64,000 bases of DNA from Anthoceros angustus (GCA_010909165.1 MU008171.1:868001-932000), one strand, 5' to 3'. Positions 21,900 through 36,400 are shown, counted from the first letter of the stretch. Program-made: numbers and translations. The notes: generated by a model from the letters alone, not told the origin.

Positions 21900-24800
21900 A
21901 CCTCCAAACTTTGTAGGTCCCATCCACCTTAGAAATGTAACTTACCGAAAATGCATGTATTTGCTATCATACAATAAGCCGTGTCCCTGTGAACAACATA
22001 CTGGCGCCTACCGCTTATCATGCCATTCCTTCCTCCTCTCGTCAACATCCCGCATAACTTGTAGCCTGCTCTCCTCCCAGGTGTCATTTAATCCAACCAA
22101 CCTCCAATTGGCTTTCCTCCACAGATTCACTTGTTTCGATCAGGGTGGGTTAATCTATTGGCATGACGGGTGAGTGTCCATGTAAGGTAATACGGGTTCG
22201 GTGGTTGTCACCTTTTCCGCTGTTCGATGCCCAAAGTGCGTCAATGCGCTTCATATCCTATATGCATAATCGATTGAGCTTGGTTAGATCTTGCACAACA
22301 AGCCATTTGTTTTCGTCACCCATTGGCCTTTGGGTTGTGGGAGTGGACTCATGAGCAACGTTGAAGTGCTGGTCATATTAGAGATTACCCGATTGACGAA
22401 ATGCGGCCTCTATCACCAGCTCCAATGGGCGCCCATATCTAGGTGATGATTTGCTCAAAGAATCGCCACCACGCCGCCGAATCCACTCTAGCTTGGCGCC
22501 CACCATCCGAGAATTGTGGCTACCAGGATGTATTGGTTTTGTGTCTTGGTTTTAATGGATGGGCCCGACAAAATCGATCCCCATTTCTAATGGTGCCGCA
22601 AGTATGGGGACAAGGGCCAGGTTGTTGGCTTGTCGACTCTTTGGCAAGCCGGCCACACGACTCCTTGGCATCCTTGTACCAGGCCACCAATAGCCTCCAA
22701 TTTTCCCCGAAGTGACATGCGCTGCATAATGGCCCGCCTCCTCCTCGTGTAATGAGCTCAGACTGGCTTGCTGATTGGTGTGCCCATAACCGCCTCCCCG
22801 CCATCGGACCTACCTGATAAGTCTGCAGTGCCGGTAAGTGGTCTTGAGTAGGACTAGCTCGCTTGCTTGAAAGATGTGGAGGAATTTGGCCCGCGTGATA
22901 ATCATAGATCTCCGATATGTTGGTCGAAACCTCCTCCCTTCTCAATCGATGGCTCTCCACCCTTATTTCCTTCCGAATCGGTCTTCATCGTTTTTCGAAA
23001 CAAAATGTCTCATCGGAAAATCATCTTCCCGTTTCGCTCCACCGGCCCCTGCTTTCAAGCGGATATGAAGTCGGTATGACATGCTTCCCGCTCTCGCTCT
23101 CATCGTGAAGAAAACTCAAGCAAGAGATCCAACGCTATCCGTCGAAAGGTCGTTTATTCACAAGGTGTTTCAAGGCAAAGTGATCAACGTGGAAACACAA
23201 ATCATATGAGAGGAGGTAGTGTCCAATTTCCGACCGAGTAAATCATTCCCTGCTGCTTCGCCTCCGTGGTGGTATACTGCTCAAGGCCTCGCTAGTTGTC
23301 CGCCATAGTAGATCGGGAAATCCTTCTTCTTCTCATCCTACTGCTAAGGATCACCACTGCAAATGTCAAAACATCAACGAAAACGTGGAATTTCTTACTC
23401 GCCTCTTAGCGTGAGCTCGTGGGCGCAGTCTTGAATGCTTCGCTCCATCGCCCATTCCCACCCCGGTCCTTCCTCAACAAGCTCGTTAGTGGGGCACCCG
23501 CAAAATTTGGGACGAAAACGTCCTGTAATACCCGACCATTCCTGTGAACCCACCTGAGTTCTTTAGTTGTTGGCGCCTAAGGGTGGCTATGACCTTTACC
23601 TTGTCCGGATCGACCTTCTATGCCTCCGCTTGAACCATGCCCCAACAATCCCTTCCGACATGCCAAAGTAGCACTTTTTGGGATGCAGGCATAATTGCGT
23701 GGTTCGACACCGCCCTGCAGACACTTTCGAGGTGCGACAAATGGTCCTTGATAGCCCAACACGCAAGTCGCCCAAGAAAACTTCCATAAAGTCCCTAAGG
23801 AAGTCCTTGAAGATCTTGACATGGTTCGCATGAAAGGACCCAGTGCCCTGTTAACCCAATGCGCTCGCCAGGGTAGGCATTCCCCAAATTACAAAGCCAC
23901 AATGCCAATCGCTTTCCCTAAGGTGCAGCTGGTTATAACCAGAGTACCCATCTAAGAATGAATACGACCATCCTGCCTGCGACCAGATCTAGGATATTAT
24001 CGATGAAGGGCAACGGAAAGTGATCCTTCTTGGTGACTTTATTCAACCTCCGCCAGTCCTGGCAGACCCGGATTTTGCCCGGCTGTCTCTTAGGTACTAC
24101 CACGATTGGAGCCACCCATTCGGTATTGACTATAGGATAGATCATCCGCCTTGAGATACAGCTCCAACTGATCCTTGACCTTGAGGGAGTTTTGATTTAA
24201 CTTGTCTGGAATCTCACCGGGATTGCTCCCGCCCGTGTCAATCCTATGTTCTCGCCCACTCCTTGGGAATACCCTTCATGTGGTTACTCAAGGCGAAAAC
24301 ATCGATGAATTCTCGCAAGCTGTTGCTTCATGCCTTCCAACGCAGATCCATTGTTCGGAGAATTTGAGTACTTTCCTCGGGAGAACCTCAACATCCTTGA
24401 CTTCATCCGCCTGTACTCCACTCACGCCCATCAGTCGATGCCAATCCTTCTTCTCGCTCCCGCTCCTCTTCTCTCATGCCCCACTCTAAACAGATCCTCC
24501 GAGGTGAAACGTGATGCCTGCTTTTCCTCCCATCCGCTGTTCCCGCTTTGCTTTTCCCCTCCCATGTAAGCGGCCTATGGTTACCCATAGCCCACCGATT
24601 GATCGTGGGCGAATCTCTCGCGATAATCCTGCTCTCGCCGACCATGAGATGTGTGCGAAAGGAAATTTGTCTTCTTGTTCCGCTTCCGACGTGTCTCTCC
24701 TGAGGTGTATCCTTCCGCTTGGGTTTCGCCAACAGACATGTCCTTACTCCAAAGTTAGCAAATCCTACCTTCCTGGTCTTGGATCCCATTCCGTGGTTTG

Positions 24801-25750
24801 AACTGACTTCTTTCTTCCATTTGAGTGTGCATTGAGATCCATACATCCATGTTCACCAATTAAGACGCTTATACCCCGGCCACTTGTGCTTGATGACTAC
24901 GTAATCCATTAGATAGGAATGGTCCCAATGATCGCTAGCACGCCCGCCCCTCCCACGGCACCATTACGACATATCCGCCAACCGCAAAACCTTAGGTATG
25001 TTCGATTCCAACCCCAATTTTCAAAGTTTCTCCTCATATGATATTCACCCGACCCCTGTGATCGAGAGGTACTTTTATGATGCACCCTTGATCTCTCACC
25101 AGTTCATTGGTCCTTGGTCAACCATGGATACTAGGTTGACAGCAAGTGGTCTTGGACCCGGTTTAGGAAGGCGTCGGTTTCTCTTGGGCTGGGGTTCCTT
25201 CAAAGCCCTCCTGATCTGCTGCCTATACCGTGGGTTGTCTCGAAGGAGTTGTCCAAACGTGATCATGAAATGCTGATCCATGATGGCCTCTGCTAAGTTA
25301 AAGGAAGCACCTTCTTGCTGCTTGCCTCCGCCAGTGTTTACGTTGGGTGTAGACCGCCTGCTAGGCTTGATGCGGTGGCTTCTGTGTGGGGCATGGACTG
25401 CAGTGGGGCAAGATTGAGAGCCCAAGCATCTCCGCCTGCATCTGTGACCTTCTTGCCTCCTCCCGCGCCTAGGGGGTCGGGTTAATGAAAGAAAGGACTG
25501 GAGACCCTGTAGATGAGGGGCAACAGACACTAGAGGTCAGATGGCACTCACCTCCGGGTTGACGGGAAGGAAGACGACGACGCCCAGCGATGATGGTCAA
25601 TGACTCTTTCGGAGAGACAGATGAAGAACGCCTTAGAACGTCACCCTAGTTCCCGATAGTGAGGCTTTGTGTGTAGTTGAATCTTCGGACCGTGACTTCC
25701 TTAGGTGGCTAAAACGTTTTCATGTTCCCGACGTATGTCATATGGTCATT
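21900..25750 (-). mobile_element. Degenerate Ty3/gypsy (Athila/Tat-like non-chromovirus) gag-pol
   Basis: RT IYPIVNTEWVAPIVVVPKRQPGKIRVCQDWRRLNKVTKKDHFPLPFIDNILD (23933-24145). RNase H remnants at ~23100-23450. Integrase remnants at ~22000-22800. gag-like MDQHFMITFGQLLRDNPRYR (~25200-25280). Confidence 0.85.
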
Positions 25751-26228
25751 GCCTTTGGAGTTGATGACATGCCGGATCTTCTAGTAGGAACTTGTTATAT
25801 GTCTGGCCCTGAGGCCGTTTTTCAATATACCTGAACGGACGTACTCTACTTATAACTGAGCATTGCCGCTTGGGAGGAGCATCCCCACCTTGCACCTTCA
25901 TTTCAAACACCTTGATACAAAATTGTAATCGAATGATTATGCATGGGCTTAGCATGTGCTTTCAAGAGCCGTGTTTGTCGTGAATTAGTAATCAAGAAAA
26001 GTACCAAGCGGCGCGTAATTTTTTCATAACCGCTTACATTATTCTCCAGTATGAATATTATCTTTCCTCGTAATTGATTGAATTGCATTGAGTCCCACCA
26101 AGCCTGCACCCACCAGCCGCCGCCTTCCGTATAGGCATAAGTAGATCACAGCAGATCTCACCTTGGTCGCCTCCCGCACAACAAAAATTTTAGCAAGAAA
26201 ACTTGCAAAACTCGCAATCACCTCAGCC

Positions 26229-28720
26229 ATGGCCAATCCTGCCCCTAATCCTACCTCCACGGTGATTAACACCACCAAAGTAGAATTTAGAGACTGCGAT
26301 CGCTTCACAGGAAGCGATTACGATATCTGGCAAATGAGAATAACAGCCCTGCTAGAGGCACATGATCTGATGTTAGTCACGGACGGCACCTCGCCACAGC
26401 CTTCTCTCACCTCTAATCCACCAGCTACTGCCGACCACATAGCCGCATGGAACAAGAAGGACAAGAGGGCTCGTAACATCCTAATATTTGCCATCGACAA
26501 AACAATGCTTCAGCACACCCAAGGTTAAACGACCTCACATGATGTGTGGAAGGCATTTAACGACATGTTCCAGGCACAAAGCTCGATGTCTCTTATAAAC
26601 GCCACAAGACAATTCTACTCCCTTAAGATGAGGGATGAGGCGTCGGCGGACGTAAATGTGTTGTCCCCTGCGAGCCAAGCTCTCGGCATTGATCAATGAG
26701 CCCGGCCCAGGTAGGAGCGGGCGAAACCGAAAGTAGAGAGCCCCGAGCTCGATACCATGAAGACAAGATATCCAAGAAAGAATGAATTTACTGATACACT
26801 GATACATGTCTTATACTTCTACATACTAAGCTAACGATAGTCGTTAAGTGTCTAAGTAACTTGATTAACTTAGCGAGCTATTATTTAAAACTGTTTATGG
26901 GCGAAACGTGCCCTAAAGCTAGGTCCTGATCTGACGGCGCCTAAACCCTATCGTTCGCTCCAACAACGAAGGCACTGAGTGGCGAGCCTCTATGGATCGA
27001 GAGTTCAACTCTCTTATTGCTAATAAAACTTGGACTCTCGTAGACCCTCCTCCTGGCAGAAGTATCGTGACCAGCAAATGGATATTAAAGAAGAAATATA
27101 ATGCTAGTGGAAGTCTTTCCAAGTACAAAGCCAGACTTGTCGCACGGGGTTTTACCCAAAAGGATGGCTTAGATTATCAAAAGGAAAGCACCTTCAGTCC
27201 AGTTGTGAAGCTTACCTCCCTTCGGATCATGCTTGCTCTCTCTGCCATCCACAACCTTCATGTACATCAAATGGATGTACAAACGGCCTTCCTGAATGGC
27301 GTCCTTCGAGAAGAAATCTATCTACAACAACCGGAGGGCTATATCAAATCTGGTGAAGCCCACAAAGTCTGCAAACTCCACAAGACCTTATACGGATAAA
27401 AACAATCGCCTCGTGGCTAGTATGAGAGATTGCAAATCTTTCTCCTTAGCAAGGGCGGCTTCATCAAGTCCTATGCAGATTCAAGTGTCTTCATAAGAAG
27501 ACAAGGTAACTCGTACCTTATATTGGGTCTTTATGTTGACGACCTTGTTCTTTGTTCCAATGACCTTGGCTTTCTCAACTTGATCAAAAGTGAACTCAGC
27601 AAGGAGTTTCTGATGACTGATAATGGGGTCATCAAGTTTCTACTTGGAGTACAGGTTATCATTAACGCAAATAGCATTAGTCTTCATCAAGAGAGGTACA
27701 TTATAGACATGCTAGAAAAGTATCAGATGTAGAATTGTAAACATGTTGACACCCCTATGCAAATTGGCGAAAGGCTACGTTCCTCTATGTGCCCAAGCAC
27801 TCCTGCAGAGATAGAAGAAATGAAGGGTATACCCTATAAAGGCAGTATACAGTACTTGGTTCAGAATGCCAGACTTGATGTTGCTTGTGCATGTAATCAC
27901 ATTGCTTAGTTTCAAGCCTCCCCTGGGAAGCCACATTGGGTGGCTGCAAAGCGCATCCTTCGATATCTTCAAAAGACAAAGACATCAGGCATCACTTATA
28001 CTGGTGGTGAGGGTGCATAAGACAAGCTTCTAGGATGGACAGACTCAGATTGGGCCGGTGATCCGGACTCTAGAAAGTCGACATCAGGTTATGTCTTCAC
28101 TCTTGCTGGCGGTGCTGTCAGTTGGAAGTCCAAGAAGCAAGCTTGTGTTGCTCAAAGCTCAGCAGAATCCGAGTATATTGTTGCAGCTGTTGCCGCTAAA
28201 GAAACCATTTGGCTTGTTCAACTCCTACAAGATCCCGGTTACCCTCACTCCGGGCCTGTTGAAATTAAGTGTGATAATCAGGCTGCCATCTCTCTTTCTC
28301 GAGATCAGCGATTTCATGATCGCTCTAAGCACATCGAATTGCGATATCATTATTTATGAGAGAAGGTGGAATCTCAACAGCTACTGCTCACTTATGTCCC
28401 GACATCGGAACAAGCTGCACATATTCTTACGAAGCCCGTGTCGCGCCCTATACTCGAGCCTTGCTGCGAGATGTTGGGCTTGTTCTCAATACCTTGAGAG
28501 CGATTATCCTTCCTAGGATTAAGGGGGTGTGTGAATACCATTAATTAGAGTTAGTTCTAACCTAGGTAGTTAATCCTAGTTAGGGTTCTCGCTTGAACCG
28601 TTACACCTTTTCTAAGAGGCACATCCTTGAACATTAAGGATACACCTACATTGTAAACAATCAATCAATTCTATTCAATCTTGATAGCTTTGTGTTCTCT
28701 GATCATGTAGTAACATTTCA
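26229..28720 (+). mobile_element. Internally deleted Ty1/copia (gag, RT, RNase H, PPT, 3' LTR ~28530-28720)
   Basis: gag FTGSDYDIWQMRITALLEAHDL. RT SKWILKKK..KYKARLVARGFTQ, HQMDVQTAFLNG, LYVDDL. RH DSDWAGD..SRKSTSGY. PPT aaggggg at 28521. Protease and integrase are absent. Confidence 0.9.
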
Positions 28721-28721
28721 A

Positions 28722-30826
28722 GAGTTGTTAACGTGTGACAAAGCACATCACGCCCTGTGGTGCGAAGCCCATGTGGGATTTGGTCCGAAGTGACCAAGGA
28801 CTCACGCTGAATTCACCGTCTTTGTATAATTGCCGTGACTTCCGCACCAAGCCTTGCACACACTTGGTGAGAGGAGAGAGGAAAAAGTTTGAACCATGCA
28901 AACAATTAGCGCCCACAAGCTTGCGGGGTGGTGATGCATCGTCAAGATGTGGTCATGTTCACGAGCCCTAGATAGATGAGGTGCCCGGGCCCTGTGGTCG
29001 ACGTTGCCACCTTGGTTCTAGCTGAGTATGTAGTCCGCTCGAGTCCATCAGCATGCAAAGTGGGTTCTTGTTGTTCCTGGTTTTGTTCATCATCTTTTCT
29101 TTCCAAGTACCAATTGTTTCTAGTTTATGTTCCTTTTTCTAGTTTCCTAGTGGGTTGTTGAAACTTTCCACGCATCGCAATTGCAACCCTCTCGCCGTTG
29201 ATGATTCCGATAATGGGTGGGACCAAATACTATTAGATAAACCGAGTGGTGCATTCTCGTTCACACCGAAGTGTCTGGCGGTTACTCATGGCCATTATCC
29301 GCACTTGAAAAGGAAACGCAAGCCTCGATGAGGTCGATTTGAGCCCGCCTCAACGAGGCAACCAGCCCTACCGAGCTCCCTTGATGCGGATAATGGCCCC
29401 ACCGGCAGATCGCCATTGCAACGACTCGAACTTGTGTATTTTGAGGAGACAGCCGGTGGCCGGAACGATCACGCCAAGTTTTGAAGCCGGTGTTGGAAGA
29501 GGGTTCCATGATGGGACGACCCGCTACAACCCGGCGCCCGATAGAAGTCTCACCCACAAAATTACATGTAGACACACTTCAAACTCCAAACTCGCATTCC
29601 TGCTTTGATAAAGGATAATTCCAAACTTATTATTCGAGCGGTTTGCTTTGCCGGATATCACATCACACTCCGACACTGTGTCATTTCACCCGCGCGAGAC
29701 GATGGTATACCTAGGATCGTGGAGAAGCAAAGCAAAATGCCAGCATCGTATCGTATAGTATCGTATCGTGGAGAAGCAAAGGCAACATGCCAGCATCCAG
29801 CATCGTATCGTATAGTATCATATCGTGGAGACAAACTCGCCAGACTCCTAGAAACATATCATATACTTGAGAAGGAAAAAGGGCACGAGACCACCAATGT
29901 ATTTATCATTGAAAAATAAACCACGAAACCATAAGCACACTGTTGTACAATGGCAAAGAAAAAACTCATCAGCAGTCTTTTTTTTTTTGAAGTGTAGATT
30001 CGCATTTCAAGATCGCAGTATGTTGAGGTCCGAAGACCTGAGAATGAACCGGCAAGGACCTGAAACTACTCTACTCAGACGGCAAAACAAAAGTGGCCAT
30101 CCCTAGCTTCCATGGGCTCCCTCATCTACCACTCTACCTTGCAGAGGGACTAGTCAAGTATACTCCGAAGGCATGGGCCGAATCTCCAAAGGAAGGTATT
30201 CCCTTCTCTACATCTGATGCAGGGCATCACGCCAGCGCCCAGTGAAAGACGTGGTGGCCTTTTCGATGAGCGAATGGTTAATCCAGTTTGCAATCGACGC
30301 CCACAAAGGTTCTGGCAGCAGGTGAGAAAGCTGAATAAGGAACATGTTCCCGCCTTCTCCATGTACCATCACAGAAAGGTCAAATTCAAGGAAAGATGTG
30401 GGCTGTACTCCTACGTCTAACACACTGCGCGTAAGGGTACCATACATGGCTGCAGCTCCTCCCCACGACCAGGTCTCCAAGAGGTGGACCTCTTCCCCAC
30501 CTTCGGTTGTTCATACGCCACGCCAAGCCGCATATGGCTCCCCGGATGGCTCGAACAGCCCGCAAGCTGCTAGCCAGGAAAGGTCCGCTAGTGCTCGCCG
30601 GACATCGACTTGATGCAAGTTTTGTATACGCCACAATCATCTCGGGAGAGAAGTGGCATGAAGGAAGTTGAGGCGCACTTCCTGCATACATGCCACCTAA
30701 TGAAACTCTTCACCAGCAACCATCACGAAGAAAGCTCGCCATGCATGCCATCGACCCGATTAGCTGTATTTATCATCTGCTATGGAACAATGAGTTGAAG
30801 CCAAACACCATAGATGAAGATACGTA
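28722..30826 (+). repeat. ~2.1 kb segment, inverted paralogue of 39618-41733
   Basis: Shared translated stretch DLVRSDQGLTLNSPSLYNCRDFRTKPCTHLVRG and (GTATC/GTATA)n runs. Common end gatgaagatacgta. Confidence 0.9.
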
Positions 30827-31581
30827 AGCCTCTTGATGAATCACATAATGAATCACATAAGCCTAATCAATCTAATGAATCACATAAGCCTCTAATACAA
30901 TATTACTATTTTTAGGTATCCTTCACGTTCGCAAACTAGTATCCGTTTAGGCCATTGTTCCCGAAGAGACATGAACTAGTCAATCAATACTTTGCATATG
31001 ATCAGCAGAATGAATCTTTCCAACTATATGTATACCCTCCTCCCCTCAACAAAAATTGCATTTCCTATGTATACCATGTTACTCCAATACTTTTGCATAA
31101 AATTAAAAATTCTTAAACCTTATAAAAAATTAATGAAAATCAGTGTGTGACTGCAATATGAGTGCAGGATGGAAATCCAAATTGTCCTCCAAATTTTGGA
31201 AACCCAAATCTGTGTTCAATATTAACAATTTATCACCATCCATACTCTCCACTCTAAATTACAACGATATCATGGCGTGTATTCTTGGTATCCTTCCTGT
31301 TCTAATAATGGTATGAGACAAATAGCCACAAGGAACTATGGATAGGGTGAAAGATACTCATATGTTTGGTCATTTTTTAGAGGATTCTTAAAATTTTGTA
31401 TTTTGGTGATGTGAAGTATTTATCACTCTGTAAAATTAAAAAATTACATAAAAGATCATAATAAAATTATTCTTAACTTGAAAAGTGGATAATTCTAACA
31501 TGTTTTACGATATAATTTATACTAAAAATAATATAATATGTAATGAGGTCATGTTTCATGTGTTGATCTCGTATACTATGC

Positions 31582-32094
31582 CTATCTATGCAAAGTACTG
31601 TCTAAATTTTCCGGAGGGCCTGGAACAAATGGACAACTATCTAATATACCTCTAGTAGAAAAACGAAAATAGCAATCATAAACAAGTATCCATCCTTCAC
31701 TTGGCATGCCATCACAAAGATGGTCTAAAAGACTATTCTTCACTGCGATTAGACATACATAACATTCTTTCCAATTACGCATACTAACATTGTTTTTGTA
31801 ACAAGTAACCACACCCCAAAATGTAGGTCCATTTGGTAATGTTGGAGTCCTATATGATCTATAAAGTGGAGTTACTCCAAGATTAAATATATTATCTCCA
31901 TGTTCGGCGAAGTCCTGAATCATTTGATAAGATGCTTGTTTTATAAATACAAATATGGTTGGTGAAATAACAGATGGCATACCACATTTTTTGTTCAATA
32001 AGGTGACGTTAGGATCTCCACAAACAAACAAAATAGAAGAACAAATAATTACCATTGATGTTCTTATGCATTTTGATAGTAGCCTATTTGACAT
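31582..32094 (-). CDS. Secreted single DUF26 (Gnk2-like / stress-antifungal) cysteine-rich protein
   Basis: Intact 170-aa ORF. Hydrophobic signal ending ..FVCG/DPN. TC-x11-CYVC and C...G.ILVYDCYFRFS match the DUF26 Cys pattern, with a longer spacer than the usual C-x8-C-x2-C. Confidence 0.75.
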   Translation of the reverse strand: MSNRLLSKCIRTSMVIICSSILFVCGDPNVTLLNKKCGMPSVISPTIFVFIKQASYQMIQDFAEHGDNIFNLGVTPLYRSYRTPTLPNGPTFWGVVTCYKNNVSMRNWKECYVCLIAVKNSLLDHLCDGMPSEGWILVYDCYFRFSTRGILDSCPFVPGPPENLDSTLHR

Positions 32095-33194
32095 TATTGT
32101 AGTCCTATTTTAAACTCTATCTCAGAAAACGTATTAAAGTTAGTTATCCATATTTCTACTTGTAACAAAGTCCATTTTATATCGACAATATTGACGCATG
32201 TACAAGATTATTATCCTCTTCCTTTAAGTGAATGAAGGATTTACGATTTTTTATTCATTTATAAACAAAGATACCATATAACTCTTGAAAAATCTTTTAA
32301 CATAAATGATTATATATGTTTTATAAAAGACCTCTATTTTATGAATTGAGCTAAGTATATACACATCTAGAAATTATTGTTTATAATACTTGAAATATTC
32401 TGCTAATCTAGATAAACGTGTTGGCACATATATCACAAAATTCTTAACTCTTGATATGTTGAATGTAGATATATATTCGTATTGAGAAAGATTCTTTGGT
32501 CATCATAGAAGATAATAATTATTGTTGTACGTACTTAATAAAATAATAATATTAAATAATTAATTTATATATTAAAGGTTCACAATCATACAGAGAATGT
32601 AAAGCCACAGGAGGGCTTCCCCAGGGAAAAGAAAAAGATTCTGGTAGATGAAAACTATCTAAATTGAGCTAGAGATTCCACCACTCAAAGGCACCATGTT
32701 GCTTGTTGTTGTGTTTAAATTGAGTTGAATGGAAACTTAGGCTGCGGCAGTTTCTCATCTCTTTAACAGAAGAAGAAGAATTTATTATTAAAAAAATGAA
32801 AAAATCCATCCACTCCAAAAACAAATGAGAAAAATCCCAACAAAGGGCACCATGCCTGGAGGATTAGCCCCGACTATAACCACTATCTCTTTTAACACCA
32901 TACATGGCTTTTGGATAGGTTTCTTGGCTTGAGGGTTGGCCGAAATTTCGAGTTCTAGTTACCAGTGTTCGGCCCATGTGGTAATTAGGCCTTTTCACAT
33001 CCTCACCACGAAATTCTTCAGGCGTAGGTAGTTTCGACATTAGCGATCGCGGGGTTAGTCCCCTTCGCATGGTGCCCTTAGTTGGGTTGTTCTCCCTGTG
33101 TTTTCTTGGGTGGATGGGATTTTCATCTCCCCTGCTACTGCAGACCGATTCATCAGACGCAACAGGAACCATTTCATCATCGTGCGTAAGGCTG

Positions 33195-33380
33195 TTTAAT
33201 CCATTGCAACCCGTGCACATTTGCAGATTGCAGTTCCACCTTTCCTTCGGCAATTTCTTCCTCCCAGTTTAGAAGTGCTTTTGTCCTGAATTCCAGCTAC
33301 TGAAAACTGTGCACAACGTACATCAGCAAGACACTTATGAGGATACATCTGTGACAAGGAAATCATAACCAACTTCTGAG
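33195..33380 (+). pseudogene. Highly decayed germin-like exon 4 remnant
   Basis: Acceptor context aatccattgcaacccgtgcacatttgcag|attgca. Terminal caaggaaatcataaccaacttctga resembles the germin caaggacatcaccacctccttctga. Confidence 0.5.
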
Positions 33381-33487
33381 GGCCGCACATTTTCAGGTAC
33401 TTGTTGATACTTCAAATCTGTTTCTGGATGCAGTTTATGTTTTTGATGGGTTACTGCATAATTTAGTATGATGGAATGTGTTGATAG

Positions 33488-36400
33488 TGTTAGAAGTGAT
33501 TTATTACAACATATCAAAATATGTTATGAAGAGTGCCCTAAAAGCAGGTTATGAAGAGTGCCCTAAAATAACAAACTTGAAAGTCATGCATCTTTTAGAA
33601 AGTATCTTCTAGAAAGTCCAAAAGTAAAGGGCAAGTCAAGTAACCAATAGAATTCAAGGTCAAGTGACCAATAGGATTCAAGGCTAGGACTATATAAGCC
33701 AAGCCCACCTATTGTAAGGTGTGGTGTGCAAGTGTCCTTGTGTGCTTGTGTGCTAGTTTTTAGTGTGCCTAGTGCATATAACCCATATTGTATGGGAGTG
33801 TTGTGTTCCCTCTCTATAAAAGCTCAGCTCTTTTCCTAACATGATATTAGAGCCATGCTCAAGAGCCTTGTAGAATGCTCCTTGCATTGTTGTTTGAGTC
33901 AAGTCCTGTTGCATAGTTCTTAGCCTAGAGCTTGAGAGAACTCAGTGGAAAGAAGCTTAGTCAACTTGAGAGAACTTGTGTGCAATTGGAAAGGCTTAGA
34001 GATGAGAAATCAGGCTTGTGTGCAATGGACTCATAGTCTTAGCCTAGAACAGAGAACTTCATTGGAATAGTTCTTAGCCTAGAGCTTGAGAACTTGTGAA
34101 TTGGAAAGGTCTTGATCATCTGTAGTGCATGTGAGTGAGGTGCTTTGGTCTTCAAGATCAATTGTAGGAAACTAGGCATGGCGTCAACAAGCATGGAGAC
34201 ACGTCTAGTGGAAGTTTGGAGGCACGAACTTCACATTGTGGAAGTTGAAGATGAAGATGCTTCTCATCGAGGACTATGGAAGTTTGTCAATGGCCTCGAG
34301 AAACACCCACCGGCGGACACCGAAAGATGGAAGCGACACGATTCTCCTCAATGTGTCCGATGACATACTCTCTCAATTGAGTGAGTGTGCAACATCAAAA
34401 GCGGCGGACGACCCTCCGCAACACGTATGAGAAGAAGAGCTTGGTGAATGAGATGTTGGAGCAACACCGCCAACTTCAAGATGGTCGAGGGTGACACCAT
34501 TCAACAACACGTCAAGTTGAAGAACTTGGTGGATCAAATGAAGGCGGCGGACGTCAAACCTTGAAAGAAAGGTTATCGTGGTGTTGCTAAGTAGCTTACC
34601 ATCCGTACAAGCAATTTGTGTTGGCCTTGAACGCGGTAGCGAGTCAAGCGACCAACCACCAACGTTGGATGAGGTGGTTGCTCCTACAAGAGGAGCTGGA
34701 GAATTCCTTCAAGAAAGAAGAGAATGGAGACTCGGTGCTCTTCTCAAAGAAGGGAACAACACGTGGGAAGACTTCACAAGCCAACTCAAGAAGGATCAAG
34801 GAGAAAGGTTAAGAAAAGGTGTGGGTACTTGCCATTATTGCAAAAGCCTAATCACTATGCCAAGGATTGTAGGACAAGGTTGGTGACTTGAAGAAGAAGG
34901 GAAAGGAGTCACAAGCCAATCAAGTGAGTGAGAAGGAAGAACATCTTTCTGTCTCAACCAGAAAGAGTACAGCCCCATCAAAGAAGGATGAGAGTTTGTA
35001 CCTCGACTGGAGCATCTCAACACTTCACCTACAATCGGCCTTGGTTCTCAAGCTATGAAGAAATGCGGGGCATAAAGTGGCGCTTGGAGACAATAGGTCA
35101 CACGAGATCAAAGGAAGAGGTGTGATTAAAGTTCAACTCCTGGAGGACCATCCAAAGGTACAATCAAGGATGTGCACCATGTGCCGGTCTAAGAATCTTC
35201 TTTCGAGCAAGAATCACCCGACAGGAATGAGATTGTTCAACTCGAGGATGTCGCATCCAACCCGAGCAACCGTAATCACCTAATGTCAAGGTGATAGCTC
35301 GAGGTGTTCGGAAGGCAATCTTGTGTGCTTCCGTAGGTGATCAACAAGCTTGCACATTTGTGTCAAGCTAAGAGCACGGGTCAATAGATTTGTGGCATCA
35401 ACGCTACACTGGAGTGGACAACATCAAGATGATGAAGAATCAACAAATGGTGACCGCTTGGATTTGAAAGATAGGAGCGATTGTGCCAAGGGTGCATGAT
35501 GGGAAAGCTTCACCGAACCAAGTTCCCAAGGATTGGAGCGCGTCGAGCGGCAAAGGCGTTGGAGCTTGTCCACGCCGATGTGTGTGGACCAATGAAGAGT
35601 CTTACCCATAGAGGAGCCCGCTGCATTCTAGTATTTGTGGATGACTTCACAAGGAGGAGTTGGACATATCTTTTGAAGGAGAATTCCGAAGTGTTCAAGA
35701 CATTTAAGTTTTGGAAAGCCTTGGTGGAGAACGAAAGTGGAGAATGCCTCAAGACACTTAGGAGTGACAATGGAGGAGAATACATCTCTTCTCAATTCAA
35801 AAGCTTTAGCAAGGAGCATGGCATTCGGAGGCAACTAACAATTCCTCACACCGGAGCAAAATGGAGGGAGCTGAAGGAGCCTAGTGGAGGCGGCCAAGTG
35901 CATGCTCCATCAAAGTGGGTTGGAGGTACGCTTTTGGGAGAGGTCTACAAGAACTCATGTTTTGAATAGAGTTCCAACCACAGACTGGAATGACCGAGGA
36001 GGCATGGTCCGTGTGTCAAACCTAACGTGAGTCATTTTAGGATCTTTGGTTCGAGGTTTATGCTCATGTTCCAAAGCAAAACCGAACCAAGTGGGATCCT
36101 AAAGGCATCCAGCATCATGCTTGGGTTCGATGAGGTAAAGGGTATAGATTATACAACCCTACAACCAAGAAAATCATTTTCGAGGATGTTGTTTTTCATG
36201 AGGTTGTGGAACCTAACAAAGGAGTGGGAGCAACGCAAGTTGTCATCAAGGAGTTGAAGGAGAAGAAGCACAAGACTTGGTTCTTGAGCAACCTACTCTT
36301 GAGCATGCTCAACTGTTCTCGAGCATGAGCAACCTCTACCACAAGGTGATATAGAAGGTGGAGAAGCGGATATCGAGGATGATGAAGAGGAGCGAGATCA

